From: Tubiluchus corallicola
Lineage: Eukaryota > Animalia > Priapulida
Assembly: GCA_030141605.1 (NCBI GenBank)
Contig: JAQGDQ010000019.1
Span: 186,001 to 250,000 of the forward strand
Direction: 5' to 3'
DNA: 64,000 nucleotides
In this document: in pieces, positions 1 to 13,939 of the stretch
Numbering within the stretch: the stretch's first letter is position 1
Layout: each line of letters opens with the position of its first letter
Made by a program: the position numbers and the translations under genes
The notes under the pieces: model-generated
The model's input: the letters and a program-made list of their open reading frames with translations, nothing else
Database searches by the model: none
What the model was told of the DNA's origin: nothing

Positions 1-1640
1 CGATTCTCCATTTAAGAAGTAAGTAAAGAAGCCTTGCAATGCTGATTATGTTCTCTAAAATAACCAGAAAAGATTCATGAAAAATCGTCAAACAATTAGT
101 AATAATCTCTTTTCAAAACCAATGATACCCAAGAAAATAGGTGTATCGGCCAGCTAGTTTCACTTTCACCATTTAGTGTCATCCATGACTAGCGTGCAGA
201 CAAAACAAGGTGACCTTAGCCAGAATTGCGTGCTAGCAGCTCCAAGTGGCGAAAAAAGTTCAGGAAGAGCAAATCCATGCTGGTTTCAGCTTCCTCTGCA
301 AATGGGCAGACACTTATAAATTTCACAAATTCACAAGTGCTAGATAAATATTATTTTATAGAACTTAACCTAGAACTAATTTTATAACGGAAATGCTCCA
401 AATAAAAATAGTAATCTGTCGGAAATGTTGTTAACAAAAAAGCTGTGAAAAAGCTGAGGGAAAACACCAATTCCACTTACTTCAAGGGCTAGGTCACTGA
501 AGACAACATGTGCGCTCTTTTTCCGAAAAAATATGCTTATTATTCTATTCCTATGAACACGTTTATCAAAAATAAATAAGCAACTTTTATTATTATCCAT
601 AACATTAACTTTTACAGTTGAGTACACAAAAAGTTTGACTCTGACTTACCCAAAACCTCTTGCAAACGTTATAGATTATGTGAACTCGCAACGACGAGTC
701 ATGTTCTGGCTGTACTTTAGTGTAATTTATAAAACATTAACTAGCACAACTCTGCGGCCTCAAGATATTTCATGTGTTATAGTTATTAACTGCAATTGAT
801 ACAGTTGGCTGTCGGACAATACTACGATTGTACGCAATATCGCGAATTAGCCCGTTTAATTACCACAGTCTTAGACGTGTTATAGAACTTGCTGAGAAGC
901 TGTCGATGATAAAATGCTAATAAACATTTTCCTGCGCGAAAGTAAGCATTAGATACATACGAAACTCAACGGGGAAAGGTTTGAAAGTGGCTGTTCCCCC
1001 TTCTCTACAGAATAAATGTATTACCTAATATTCTTATACTGGTCACATATTTATGGCTTATCGTATCATGCTCGTCGTGTATTATGTCAATGTTTTGCAA
1101 CGGAACGCATGTTTTGAATTTGAAAATAGTTTCCTGAAAATGAAAGCCTGCAGTTAAAACAAAACACAACAGTTTTCAATAGCTTAAAATAAAAATACAC
1201 TAAAATTCGCGTAGAAATGCAAGTTATTATGTTAGTTACTATAAGTTAAGAATGTCGTAAAATGAATTTCAAGATCGCTCATATTGAACCGCTCACGCAT
1301 CTAGAACCTTTTATGACATGAGACCTTTTCAGACTGAATCTCCCAAGCCAGCCAATGCAGCAAGGGATTACACCTTTTCCGTTCATTTGGCTTATTTTCC
1401 CCGGTAATTAGAGGCGTCGTTAATTTTCTTCAGTACTTTAATGAGAACATTAACTGAAAGGAACGATCATTATAAGAGGTTTCGAAAATAATTATTCTTC
1501 ATGCGACTTGAAACATTTGTATAGTAACTAATCTGTACTTTTAAATACCTTCACTGTTTCACTTAATTAAATACGACCAGTTAGAGATAGAAAATCATAC
1601 TTTTGCCTTTACACTGATAAATGATTTACTGTGATACTGC

Positions 1641-1710
1641 TGATGATAACGATAATGACGATGACGACGGCGACGACGACGACGACGATGAAGATAGTGG
1701 CGGTGATGAC
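1641..1710 (+). repeat. Compound (GAT/GAC)n microsatellite
   Basis: Seen directly. Confidence 0.85.
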
Positions 1711-1831
1711 GGTTTATTCTGTGGATTTGGCAAATATTAATATGGCAGCAATATAACAGTATGTTTTTAAATTTTAAAAATTGTTATTTTCATTTGTTTT
1801 CAAAATCAGTTTTAGAAATATCACACGTTAC

Positions 1832-2067
1832 TTTCGACAATTTTGGTTTAAGTTATTGTTATAACGATAATGACTTGATATTAGTCATTTGGTTAAGAAT
1901 AACAATAAGAACAAGAATAAGACCTTATTTTTTGCGTGACGCATTATAAATAGTTTCAGAATGTATCCACGTAAAAACAAATTCTTTTTCTTATTCTTAT
2001 TCTTAACGAAATGACTAGGACCAACTCATTACTGTTGTAACAAAAAGTTAAACCAAATTCGTCGCAA
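1832..2067. repeat. Imperfect long inverted repeat (fold-back MITE-like)
   Basis: The left arm cgacaattttggtttaag...tagtcatttggttaagaataacaataag pairs with cttattcttattcttaacgaaatgacta...ttaaaccaaattcgtcg. Confidence 0.65.
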
Positions 2068-2121
2068 TTCGTTATTGAAACCTAGACTGACACGCCCCAA
2101 AAAAAATGAACTAAGAATCCA

Positions 2122-2326
2122 ATGCCCCGTTTATACATAGGGCGGCTTCCCGCGAAGGAAAATCGTGCGCTGCGCGGCTCGTCGTTCAAATATAAAGCGG
2201 TTTTTACATAATTTCCCGCCACTTTCAGAAATGGCGTTATTCGTTGTGGATGAAATGTTGACAATGTATTTATATAGACCAAATCGTAAAATTGCTAGGG
2301 GACACTGGTGTACATCAGGTGAATCA

Positions 2327-2405
<79 letters not shown>

Positions 2406-2769
2406 GAATACACGAACAGAACGAAGACAGACAAACAGAAAAGTTGTTTTGTAAGTTTACTATCTTTGTACTCAATAACGCTTTTATCACGTAAGATTGG
2501 ACTCTCTTTCACTTCTAATATTATTGTTTCGGTTTTACCAGCCATTGTGCAATTGCACTTCATAACTTCATAAGCACGTGTGTAGAGATCTCTTTTTTCA
2601 AAGCAGCACCCTTGCCGATTACGTATTAACAAAGCCAACTTCTGATTGGATACTTACGGGAAAACCACACGGTTTTTGTGAAAAACCGCTCAGAGAGCGA
2701 CCAGGGCGGGAAACCGCGCAGGCGATTATTTAACCGCGCGGTTTCCCGCCTTATGTGTAAACGGGCTCT
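2122..2769. mobile_element. PIF/Harbinger-like MITE containing a (GA)n tract
   Basis: Imperfect TIR gccccgtttatacatagggcgg ... ccgccttatgtgtaaacgggc, with CpG-rich subterminal regions. TSD not recoverable. Confidence 0.5.
2329..2404 (+). repeat. (GA)n microsatellite
   Basis: Uninterrupted 76-bp GA run. Confidence 0.97.
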
Positions 2770-3836
2770 GAGAGGGATGAAACTATCCCAGGAAATGCAT
2801 CGGATACATGTGACATTAGAATTTATCTGGAATTGTAAGAAACTCAAGCAACGAAGCGCCAACTGCAGGTCTCAAATCTAAGACATTGAACAGCCAAGGG
2901 CTAGAGGCAGTCACCACGTGATTCCGCCGTGACAGGGATGACACAATCCGTTCATCTGAATAATACCATCATAACATCATTTTGCCGTTAAATCAACTTT
3001 ACTGCCCAATAAAAACAGGCAGTTCTTGGCAGACACTAGATATGCGTAAAATTTTGTTATTATAGCCACAGGCTTACATTATTTATTAGGGTATTATAAT
3101 ACGCAAAATGTTGCGGAAAATGCGTTTACTGACTCGATTCAAGATTTTATTATGTTTGCTGCAGTTGCAACGCAACGCAACGCTACTGAAAACATGGTTA
3201 TTTGGAGGTGGTTACTTAGCTTACTCGAATTTTCTTTGCACGTAATCGACCAACAACATTTATGTTGTGGAACAGTAAATATCAAGAAATAAAACAATTA
3301 GACAGAAGCAATTTTTTTTGAGAAAACAAAGTCGTATAAATGGAATACGAAATATTTTATGTATCAAAAAAATAGTAGGGCCTTTTCTTTAGGAACTACC
3401 CAAATTTTGAACGAGTGTTTCGCAGTAACCGGGTCTTAGAATGTAGAGCTTTAAATAAGTTTATCGTCAAATATACTTCGTCGTAAGCCTATTTAAATAC
3501 ACATGGTTATATATACACTCATCATATATATATATAGGTTCACTACAATATTTAGCCGGTACCATCTTTTGTAGGTATTACGTAAAATTGCTTGGTAATA
3601 TCCATTCTCATTGGCATAATTATGTGTTTTATCTGAAACGTAGAAAGTTTCGCAATCAGATAACTAAGCAGTTGTTCCGCTGGAAAACATTCTCGTTTCG
3701 GGGAAATGCATGTTTGAATTAAAGGTAATTTTCCACAATCTTTTCTTGAAAGCAAATGCATTAGATGCATTTTGCGCATTAGGTTCACATCTTTCCACGG
3801 GCTCGTAGCTTAGAATATGTACTAGAAAACTCCGTA

Positions 3837-4160
<324 letters not shown>

Positions 4161-7100
4161 ATCTTTCTTTTGTTTTTTTAGATTTGCGACTAGAGATTAC
4201 CTTGAAACCACTGTTTTTAACCTCTTCGAGACAGAGGACATGAAAACTGCTCTCCACTTTAACAAATTGTCCCCCGAAATTCCTACAAAATGTCACTCAT
4301 TTATAGCCAATTAGCGTTCAATATTCATGGGTGAAAACCAATGAGCATGCTCTTCGCGGACGCATCTCGACAAACAACCTAATGTTTGTTTCTAATTAAC
4401 TGGGTACACAATCTATAAGTATATTCAGGTCACACATTTAATTCTTCTTTATAGCGTAATAGCTGTGTGATAACCAAGTTTGGTAAATATTTGATAGAAG
4501 TAACACAGTTAATGCATTTTGCAATTAATAGAAAAGACAAATCCGAATTCATCAAATTTTTCCCTTGTGCTTGCAATAATTTGATCTAAAAAGTACATAT
4601 TTATAAGATGTAGAAATCAGAATACAAGCTACAGCCACGTCCTTTGACGACAGATATTTTGTCACTAAAGATATCAGCGCTCTGGTCGTCACGTTTTTAT
4701 TGGGGCATCGTACATCGCATAAAAGGACGAGGCAGCTAATCGGCCTATCTGGGTTGTGTTAGACTACGTTGCTTTGCATTAACGCCCCCCCCCCCCCAGG
4801 ACGATTACTTCAGGCGTAGATGAAAACTAGTCATCATTTCTCACTACGTTTAACATCTCCTCCCCACTGCTCTCTATTCATTTGTATCTGAAGATTTCTA
4901 ATATTACAAAGTCGATTGCATTTTCTCACATTTCACTCATAGGAAGCCACTCCCCATAGCAGAGGATCGTTTTCCAGAAACTGATTGGATTTTGCGTTTG
5001 GCTTCCATATAATACTGATATAATCGTGATGAAGCCTTGCCTATCCGTCATTTAGTTTAATCGCTTGTATAGCAGCTACAATGAGTGCTGTCTGTTGTAA
5101 AAAGTTCCTTATTTCAAAAAGTTTAATCGGCCGGCAAATTTTCTTCAAGTGAGACTTTTTAATGAAATCGTTTGCCATATCATGGCGTCGTGCCATATCA
5201 TGTCAGTTCCTCAATTTTTCGTTGTCAAGACTTGGGCGACTTGCTCACTAGTTAGATAAACTTGAAATTATTTTGCTTTCTCAATGTTTTCAAAGAGTGA
5301 AAATAACTTTCGGTAAAAATTTGGCGACTTGATCGCTGCATGAGAAAAACTCAGAACTGTTTATAACAACATCTAATATAATGTGAAACACTTTAAATGT
5401 TAAGCAAGTCTTTATGGCAGTAATGTGAACTCACATTTTTTTGGCAAATTATAATTTGCTTGCTTAATCCTATTATTTGCAAGGACTTAAATATAGAGTT
5501 TGAAGTATTTTTGAATTATTAACAATTTAGCTCTGAATAAGTACATATTTAAAGGCCTTAATTTTAATGTATAATGTTTAATATTTAATGTATAAGTTGG
5601 TGGAATAAAACGTTGTAAGTAGTATGATAAGTTTTGCGCTGATTATTGACTGTAGGCTAATTTTTTGTTTTCAAATTTGCCGTGACACTAAAGTAGGCCC
5701 AGCATTACAGTATCGAAACTCTAACTACATAAACAAAGTTTGAAAATACCTCGGTATACTGAAAATTTTATAAATCATACTGTGGTGACTTCGATTTCTT
5801 GAGTGTAATTGTAGCAAAGATTATTAGTTAACGTTGTTGTGAATATCATAAATGATAAATGGATCATTTAAAAAGCCGAATTAGAACGGCAAATCTCTTA
5901 CTCCTAATAGATTTTATATTATTTTTATTTTTTTTAATTCTGAATACCCCTAGTCTTTATGCTTCTCGTTTATTATTTATGCTATCATCCCACTCCCTGC
6001 TATTATTATCCAATTTAGAGTAACTGTTGATATGCCGATGTCATAATGTTGACATGTTGCACAGTGCTGCCATCGCTTGACAAAGTCGACTCTCATAATT
6101 TGAGACAGTCAGAGGCAAAACAGAGCCTTGAACATTAGTTAAAAATGCTGTTACGGTACTTTAACGGATCAAATACCAGGAAAAAGTGCAAAATTTAAAA
6201 AATGATTGCAGGATTAATTGAAGCAAGATAAAACGTCACAGAAAATAAATGTAATTTGTTGTGACAAGTCATAGTAATATTAATAATAAAAAGTGCGAGC
6301 CTTCTTTTTGAATTCATGAATTGTTGTGCCGCTATGGAAGCACAACGAAATGCAATTTATGCTCTACAAAACAAGTAACTGTGTTATTTTTAAAACTTAT
6401 TACAAAATAGTCCTTCACTAGTTTAAAATTAACTCAACTGCGAAAAAGATAAGTTTTTCTTTGTTGGCATGATTGCAAAAGAAACAGATGTTATACAGTG
6501 TAATTAGTCTTGGAACACAATACACGGCATTGAACGTACAGCGTCATCAGCATGCTTGTAACATAAAATAATGTGTAAATTGCATGAACAATTTCTAAAT
6601 CAAACTAGGCCTATCATTCTACTCTGGATGGACCTACGCTCAATGTACGGAACAGCTTCAGACTACATCGTTGGAATCAGATTATTACAAATACTTTGAG
6701 TAAGCCGTCAGCCATTATGAGCAAACGATGTCAAAAGAGGCTTTAGAGAAATACTAGCAGCAGCTGACTAGAGTACCTACAATTGCCAAGCTGCTGGCGC
6801 CATCTATAGAAGTTAAAATATGCATTTTAGCCGGAGTTTATCTAGCAAACTGGCCTAGTATGGCACAAGAGAAGACAAGTAAATACAGTATTCAGTAATC
6901 GGTTAGTCAAATATATCTATTAACCGAACTGCAGCATTTATATTGATTACTACGCCAAGCATTTTAAACAATTATTTAAGGCAACCAGCGTTTGGTTCTA
7001 GCTATATTATTTCCTGACATTTTCTAAGTAACATTAATTTGCCTTTGTAAGCCGCTCACCACTTTCTTTGATAATGTTGATCCTATAGCTAAAATGTGAA

Positions 7101-7513
7101 ATTCTGATTTTTCAAACGAATTTCTTGTCGAGTGTTGTTTTACAAACTTGTTTCATTTTGCTTACAAAAAATTTCAACAATCCTGTGTTGCAAAGTGTAG
7201 ACTTGCAAAGAATCGGTTTACAAAACAGATTTTAAAACCTAAGGTGTAAATGTTCAACTAAGGTGGATATTTTAATTGCTAGGTGTACACTCAGTGCCGA
7301 CAAGTTGATAATTATTAAAGTACAAAATTGTGAACAGTAACTTTGCTTAAAGATTCACTGACACCCTGGTAGACACTTGCTGTCAAAATTCATTATTGAT
7401 TAGCTTAATACAAAAAAGCGGCTTTATTTTTATAAATTTCCGCGTTTCGCTTTGGTTGGCGTTGAAATACTCCAAATTTATCGCCGCACAAAAACGAAAA
7501 ATCGGGGAAGAAA

Positions 7514-7553
7514 GCGGAAGTGACGTCCCGTTAGGAACGACACTGCGCATGTG
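7514..7553. promoter_or_regulatory. Candidate ETS-CRE plus NRF1-like motif cluster in a CpG-rich patch
   Basis: GCGGAAGTGACGTC (7514-7527) and CTGCGCATGTG (7543-7553). No linked transcript identified. Confidence 0.25.
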
Positions 7554-9981
7554 TGACTCTCGCTGTATTTACATGCGGGCAAAATCAGGCAATGCGCTGG
7601 TAATAAAGAGACAGTGGTACTCGCATTTTAGTATTTTAGTGCTAAGCTCAAATCATAGGTCTGTCCACACTTACTTGAATACACTATATTTTATAGATGA
7701 AAAAACTATTAATAACGAAGTACAACGTGTAAAAGTTTTAGCGCGTGACATCACTGGTATTTCGCACTGGGCTGCTTTCTTGTTCATTTTCTGATCACTT
7801 CTGCTTTATAAATGTTTCACTGCCAAGTTATCTTTTGCCCGATGTCCCGCTCGGACAATGCTCCTGACAAACAGTGATCGTTTTTACGTTTTCCAACATA
7901 TAAAATTGTAAAAATTACAGCGGTGCCTTAGTACGATCCGAGAGAAAAGAATTATACGACAATCACAGATTTTGTTCCCTGGGCTTTTGAGCCGGTGCAG
8001 ATCGGGTATACTGTCTGACTCAATGTAGGGTTCAAAAGTAAAATAAAACGGAAAACTGAGAAGAAATGCCTTTCAGACAGCATTTTTTTAACTCATTGAA
8101 AGAGCGCTCCCAGCATTTTTAGACACTTGGAAAACCTTTGTGGCGTTTTAGCGAATATGCAAATGAGGTTTCAGGGAAAAAAGCTTTAAATATTTAAGTA
8201 AACGTATTCTCATACTCTACAGTTTGACTGCTGATCGACGTTCATATAAGTTTGATGCGATCGAACACCTTTATTCTACGTGTAACTGCTCAAGCTTCAT
8301 TTTTCACCATGCCTAGCAGGATAGGATGTTCTATCCTCACTGCGGTCGCGTTTTGCGCAATTTTTATGTTGAAGTAACGTGTAAAAAATCAGGAAAAATA
8401 TTTCAAAATGTGAAGAAAGGGAGGTTGTTATTAAAATCCGGAGTTTCCGTTAAACTGGTAGGGTTGAAATGTCTTACTGCTAACCTTGACTAAATATAGT
8501 TTTTATGAAATTTAGTTATAAGGGTTAATTATTACCTTACTTACTGTGCATCTAACCCAAAATAGTGCCTAGAAGCTTATTTGCAGCTTGATCTAGTTCG
8601 CGGGAGTACTCGGCACACCTATTGTAAGAAACGTTTTTATTAATAGATAAATCATTCCTCAGCAATAAGCGTTCTGTTCAGTGTTCACAGTGTTCACAGT
8701 TCACAAGGCTACTGGCTGCCTACTCAGCCCTACTGTACTTGCGGCTGTTAATTGCCGCTTCCTGACGTGACGTCACAGCATTGAGTGTCACGGCGGGCGA
8801 TAATATTCGTGACAGTACCAACGGCGCTTAATTTAAGTTACCATAGCACAGAAAAGCACGTATCAAAACTGTTTCAATGGTCCTATATATATATATATAT
8901 ATATATATACATGCTGACTCCTCATGTCATGACTCAGGCCATGTATTGCAGTGGTGCTTTCAAGTCCTAGCTTTTAGCTAAGCTGCAAGCAGTTATGTAT
9001 TAATTGTTCACATATGAATTGCTCCCTTGATAAGAAATTGTTAGTAATTTTTTTCCATCTTGTTTACTATTGTATGCTTGTAATTACGATATATACATGT
9101 ACGTAATGGTAATGGTGTTTTTTAAATAAATAAACAAATGTGTTCGATTCAGGTCCCAATTTTGTCTTACGTTTAGAGTCTCTGGCAAGTTCCCGATGCC
9201 ACTTCAAATGTGTGTCTTTAACAATTGTTAGGAGCTGCAGGGATCGTAAGATTAAAACCGGCTGGAATCTTAGCTCGATCTAAGCCAATCTGGGGGAAAC
9301 TTAAAGGTACACAAAAGACTGCATAAAGCTGGCAGACGTCCGCATCTGAACATCACATATTATGACTAAATAATGGTATCTCACTCGATCGATACGAAAA
9401 GTCCAGGTTTATAAGATCTTCAAACTTTTTGCACCTAGTTGAAAATTGTATCGGCTTTGCCATGTTTTAAAAACAAGTTTGCCCACCCTGCTTTCTTAAA
9501 CAGCAAAGTCATTTGTATTGTACTCAAAACATCCTCTATACATGAACTTGAGTGCCATATTTAGAGCTTAACCAAACAAACATCCAAAGGCCAAAGTAGC
9601 TGAATAATATTTGTTTGCAACGTAAAATTGTTGGTTTTAAAAAGTCAAGAAGTTCATGATCTCCACAATGAAATGACTAATTTGCCTTTAACATAAATTT
9701 TGCACAAACTTCCACTGTAAACACATAAACGATCAATTCAACAGTCGTTATTTTTAACGCACCAGCTGTATGAAAAGAAGATACCAACACCCACTAAAAT
9801 TTTAGAACGAATTTTTTTAGTAAAAACTAATTTATACGAATAAAGTAAATATTGCAACAATTAACGTGCTGGGACTTGTATATAAGGTTTAACATCTAAA
9901 ACCGTTTATCTGAGCGAATGTTTTTAATGTCCAACCATGTGCAGAGGCATCTTCCCATCACTGCAGCACAGTGTTGCTTAA

Positions 9982-10644
9982 AGGACAAGAAAAGGGGCAC
10001 ATGAAGTAGATTTCAGAAAAATCGCCATAAAAAATTATACTATTTTACAGCAATTTTATGCACATATCGTATTCGCTTGAAAGGAATTTTTGTTTGTTTT
10101 CATTTTAAATCTCCCGCAATACTGTTCCGGCGGCGCCATTAGATGACGTCACTACGCCACGTAAATCGGGGGGGAAGAAAAGACAATGTTAAATTATGAC
10201 TCAAAATTCTTTTTGTGCAAATCTATATTACTTAGCATTTCACTTACCTGCTGGAAAGACTTATGTAACTAGACTAATAATTTAAAACGTTTGTGCCAAT
10301 TGGTAAAATGTCACTGACTCACCCTCCAGGGTGCGCCACTCACGTATTTTTAATTTTATTGACACGATACATTAATTTAAAATTTTACTTAATTACCAAC
10401 ATTTATGCTACGAATGCTCTGATTATTTTTTTTCAAACTTTACTTAATGTTATCAAAACTTGTTTCAAACGACCTACTATTAAAATGGCTGCGCGTAACG
10501 GTCATCGCGGGAGTTTAAATTTACACGTTTTGTACTGCGCTACGGCCGATGCAAGCCATGCATACGAAAAGGTAATATGTAAGTGGTATAAAATTTCGAG
10601 ACGAATTCTTTAAGTTTTATGTAAGTGGAGGGTTTTCTTGTGCT
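9982..10644 (+). mobile_element. Non-autonomous Kolobok-type MITE, copy 1 (full length)
   Basis: TTAA on both sides (9978-9981, 10645-10648). TIR AGGACAAGAAAA...TTTTCTTGTGCT (12 bp, 1 mismatch), with AG...CT termini. Homologous to 13940-14598 and 35059-35613. Confidence 0.85.
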
Positions 10645-13600
10645 TTAAAGTAAATAATAGTCTGTTCCATTTATTTGACACCTACAATTTTCAAGATGTC
10701 GGCGGCAAAACAATGTTTGTTATCACACTGCATGGTTTGAAAACTCAAAACCCAAGATCAATATTTTATGATAATCTTCCAGTTTGTTGTAGCTTACGTT
10801 TAGACGAGCTTAACCGATCTACTTGCTTTCTTTTACTAAATTCGCTTGAAACTTATTCGGAATACATTCTCAGTCTTTTACGATTCGCTCAAAAAGGTAG
10901 CTAAAATTATCAGTAATAGGTAAACAGTTATAGGTCTAGCGCTGCTAACGTGGAAGACGATAATTCAGACTTTTTTGTACATAAACATATCTTACGCTAT
11001 TCCAAAGCAGTTGCTGAAGCAGTCAAACCACATGAGCTGAAAAGACAAAATAGCCGTGTCGGAAACAGCGCATCGGAAGGCTTGAATTTGTTCCTTTGAA
11101 AATTTATTTAATCGAAAAGGCGGGTGAGCTAGAATGGAGCTTAAATTTTGTCCAAGTTCATAAATCTAATCTTTGGTTTGCGGACCCAAGCAAACGTGAA
11201 ACCGTTTGGGTCTGCCTTTTTCTATACAGTTGTAATGCTTAGCTGACTAGAAACCAAGAACAGGAGATTAAAAGATGTGCATAATTATTAAGCAGAATTA
11301 CGCCATGGTGTCTGAGTAATGAGATGATTAAGAAGATTAGTTACTTTAGTCCAACAATAGCTTTTGGCCTATTACATGCTAACAATAAACGGCCTAGCTG
11401 CGTTTTAGTAAGATAAAAATAGCACATGATATGGCAAACGTGTAACGTCTAGAAACTACATTATACACGTACGTTAAACGTTTACAAGATTACGTAATAT
11501 TTTTAACAATAGACCATAACTAGTTACAAGGATCTCAGTGTACGCGATAACATAGCGCTGGGCAAGCTTACTGAGCATGCTAACTCACCCTAGTACAGGT
11601 CGTGGCTGTATTTTATAAACATCAGAAGAAGCCTGTTAGAAATAGAATAGATAACGCATGAACGCTAAGTAATACAATATGCAGGCTTATTCATGTAGAA
11701 AAATTGTAGGTATACCTATGCTCACTAATGAGCCTGTTTGCTGGGGCAGATCCAAGCAACCAGGGTGAGCAATAAGAATTAATTCTGTGTCTCGAGATAG
11801 GACATACTTGCGCATTTTTCGGCACAGCCATCTCTTTTGGGGCGCTTACACATTATCATACAGCTTATGTCGTTCAACAAAAATCACGAGTTTGCTTAAG
11901 TCATAATATTTGCAAAGCAAAATTCACAAAATGCAGTGGTCATCCAGCATTTCATGGTATTAATTTCACTAATTTCTTACAAAACATTGGAACATTTAGC
12001 TCATTAGCAGTTACACATAGTCGCAAAAGGGACTACAAGTATTTGGAAGTCAGCATGGCTATAAAAGTCACTGTTACCACAAAAGGAAAAATGGGTCAAA
12101 TTTTAAGAGACAAAAACCTATAAAGCAAAATCCCCTTATTCTAATCTACAAACTTCGATGAAAGGAAACCTTGTAAATTTGATTGCCTTGAAAACGGCAA
12201 TATCATTTCTCGTACAAAATGTAAACATTGAATATTTGAGAGCAAACATTTTGCTAGTGAAGCCGTATATATTAGACGTGTTCCAATTTTGATCATTGCA
12301 TGCATAAACGCTATTTATTTTTGCCTGTCTACAAAATGTAATAGTCACATTGAGTAAAATTATTGGCACTGTAAGGATAACAGTGAAATCCTACATTAGC
12401 AAACCATACATTTCTGGTTATTACACTCTTAACACGTACTTTCATACACAATTAACCCATAATAAATCACATCTCCTATATTAATTACCTTAAGGGTAGG
12501 CCGCGCTCAAAAACACTATTCGCCACTCTCTATATGAACTCACTGTCAGGTTTAATTATACCTTGGGCGTCAGGCTTTTAGACATATTACGAGTTTGGCG
12601 AAGCACGTGAAGTGACGCCACGTAAATTTGTTATGGTGTAATATGTCAGCTGTAGTAATCATCAAGTATAACCAAATTACAAAATACAAAATAAAGAAAA
12701 CCATCAGACAAGTAAAGGGAGAAAAACAAGATAAATTCAGCAAATCAGTAGAAGATTGTCAGATTGTCTAGAAAGCATGCAAAAATCATCGAAATTTAGT
12801 TGCACAAAAGTACAGGAAACAAAATTTTCAAAGAAGCACTTGTTCATAGGCTAGTGAAAAAAGTAAGCAAATGAAAAAAGAGTACGAATAGCTGCCTATT
12901 GACTGCTTGCGGGGATACAAGAGAAGTCAAAGAGGAAGCCTAATAACGTTGAAATGCCTTGTTCAAGGAATCATGCACATCTTACACTGAAGTTGTCTAC
13001 GTCCCACGAAATTTGCCACTCCAAGCTGCTTCTTTAATTTTTTAAAGGTGTTCTAGCGTGTATTAGTTTAATGCTAATTTGCTAGATGGCAACACTAGCG
13101 TGTAAACAATGCCAGTAATAGTATATTCGTTATAGTATGGCAGTTACTGATAAAAAAGAAGCATCTAATATATGCGGATCAGTCCGACCCTTATATGCCG
13201 ATTATCCGAGCGTCCATTAATCATCCGCTTCATCGTTTCAACTATCAAATTCCTGCATCATATCCCAACTAATTCTGGATTTTTTCTTCCTTGCACATGT
13301 TTTACTTCTTCCTGCTAGCTGTCTATTTTTTATGATCATACAGCAACTTAATTAGTTATACTAATATGAAGTTATCGTGTACTTATCAACATCGTGCGGT
13401 AGCCTTCTCATGAGAGGTTTTTATATAGGTTCTCTGGAAACCTATTAGCCAATCATTTAATATCGTTTAGTAATTGTGGCTGATCATGTATGTATTCGTT
13501 CAATTAATGTTAATACACTGTAAACGAAAAAGAATCATTAAAGCTTGTGCTCTTTAAATACAAGAATGGTGAAAAGAAAATAACTTACCAATGTGCATTT

Positions 13601-13939
13601 TGATGATGATTATCTCGTGGCCAAGACTCAGGATGAACACCTTTCCTTAGTTTCTCCCTGCGGCCGGCAGACGTCATTGTGGACGTTGATGTTGTTGAAT
13701 GACGCGCCCTTCGACGAAGATAGAGTGGGGTATGACCACGATGAGACTCGTGGGGGCATTGCGCCCATAGATGGCCTTCTCTGCGAGTTGTCGCTGTAGG
13801 TGCCATGCACGAAGAAGGCACGTCTGCATTCGAAAATTCAGACGACATTTTGTGAAACTTGATAGTCGATGGGCTTTGCAAATAAGTTTTAAACGAGCAA
13901 TCTGAACGTCCGCGGTTCTAGATACAAAGCTGAGATTAA

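Noticed and set aside
10293-10613. Similar ORFs at 10293-10613 and 35420-35623 suggesting a duplicated small gene
   Set aside because: Both lie inside copies of the non-coding Kolobok MITE; the similarity reflects the repeat.
13593-13660. Plus-strand FDDDYLVAKTQDEHL resembling LTR reverse transcriptase YxDDIL..KT.EEH
   Set aside because: No flanking RT motifs in any frame; too short to support.
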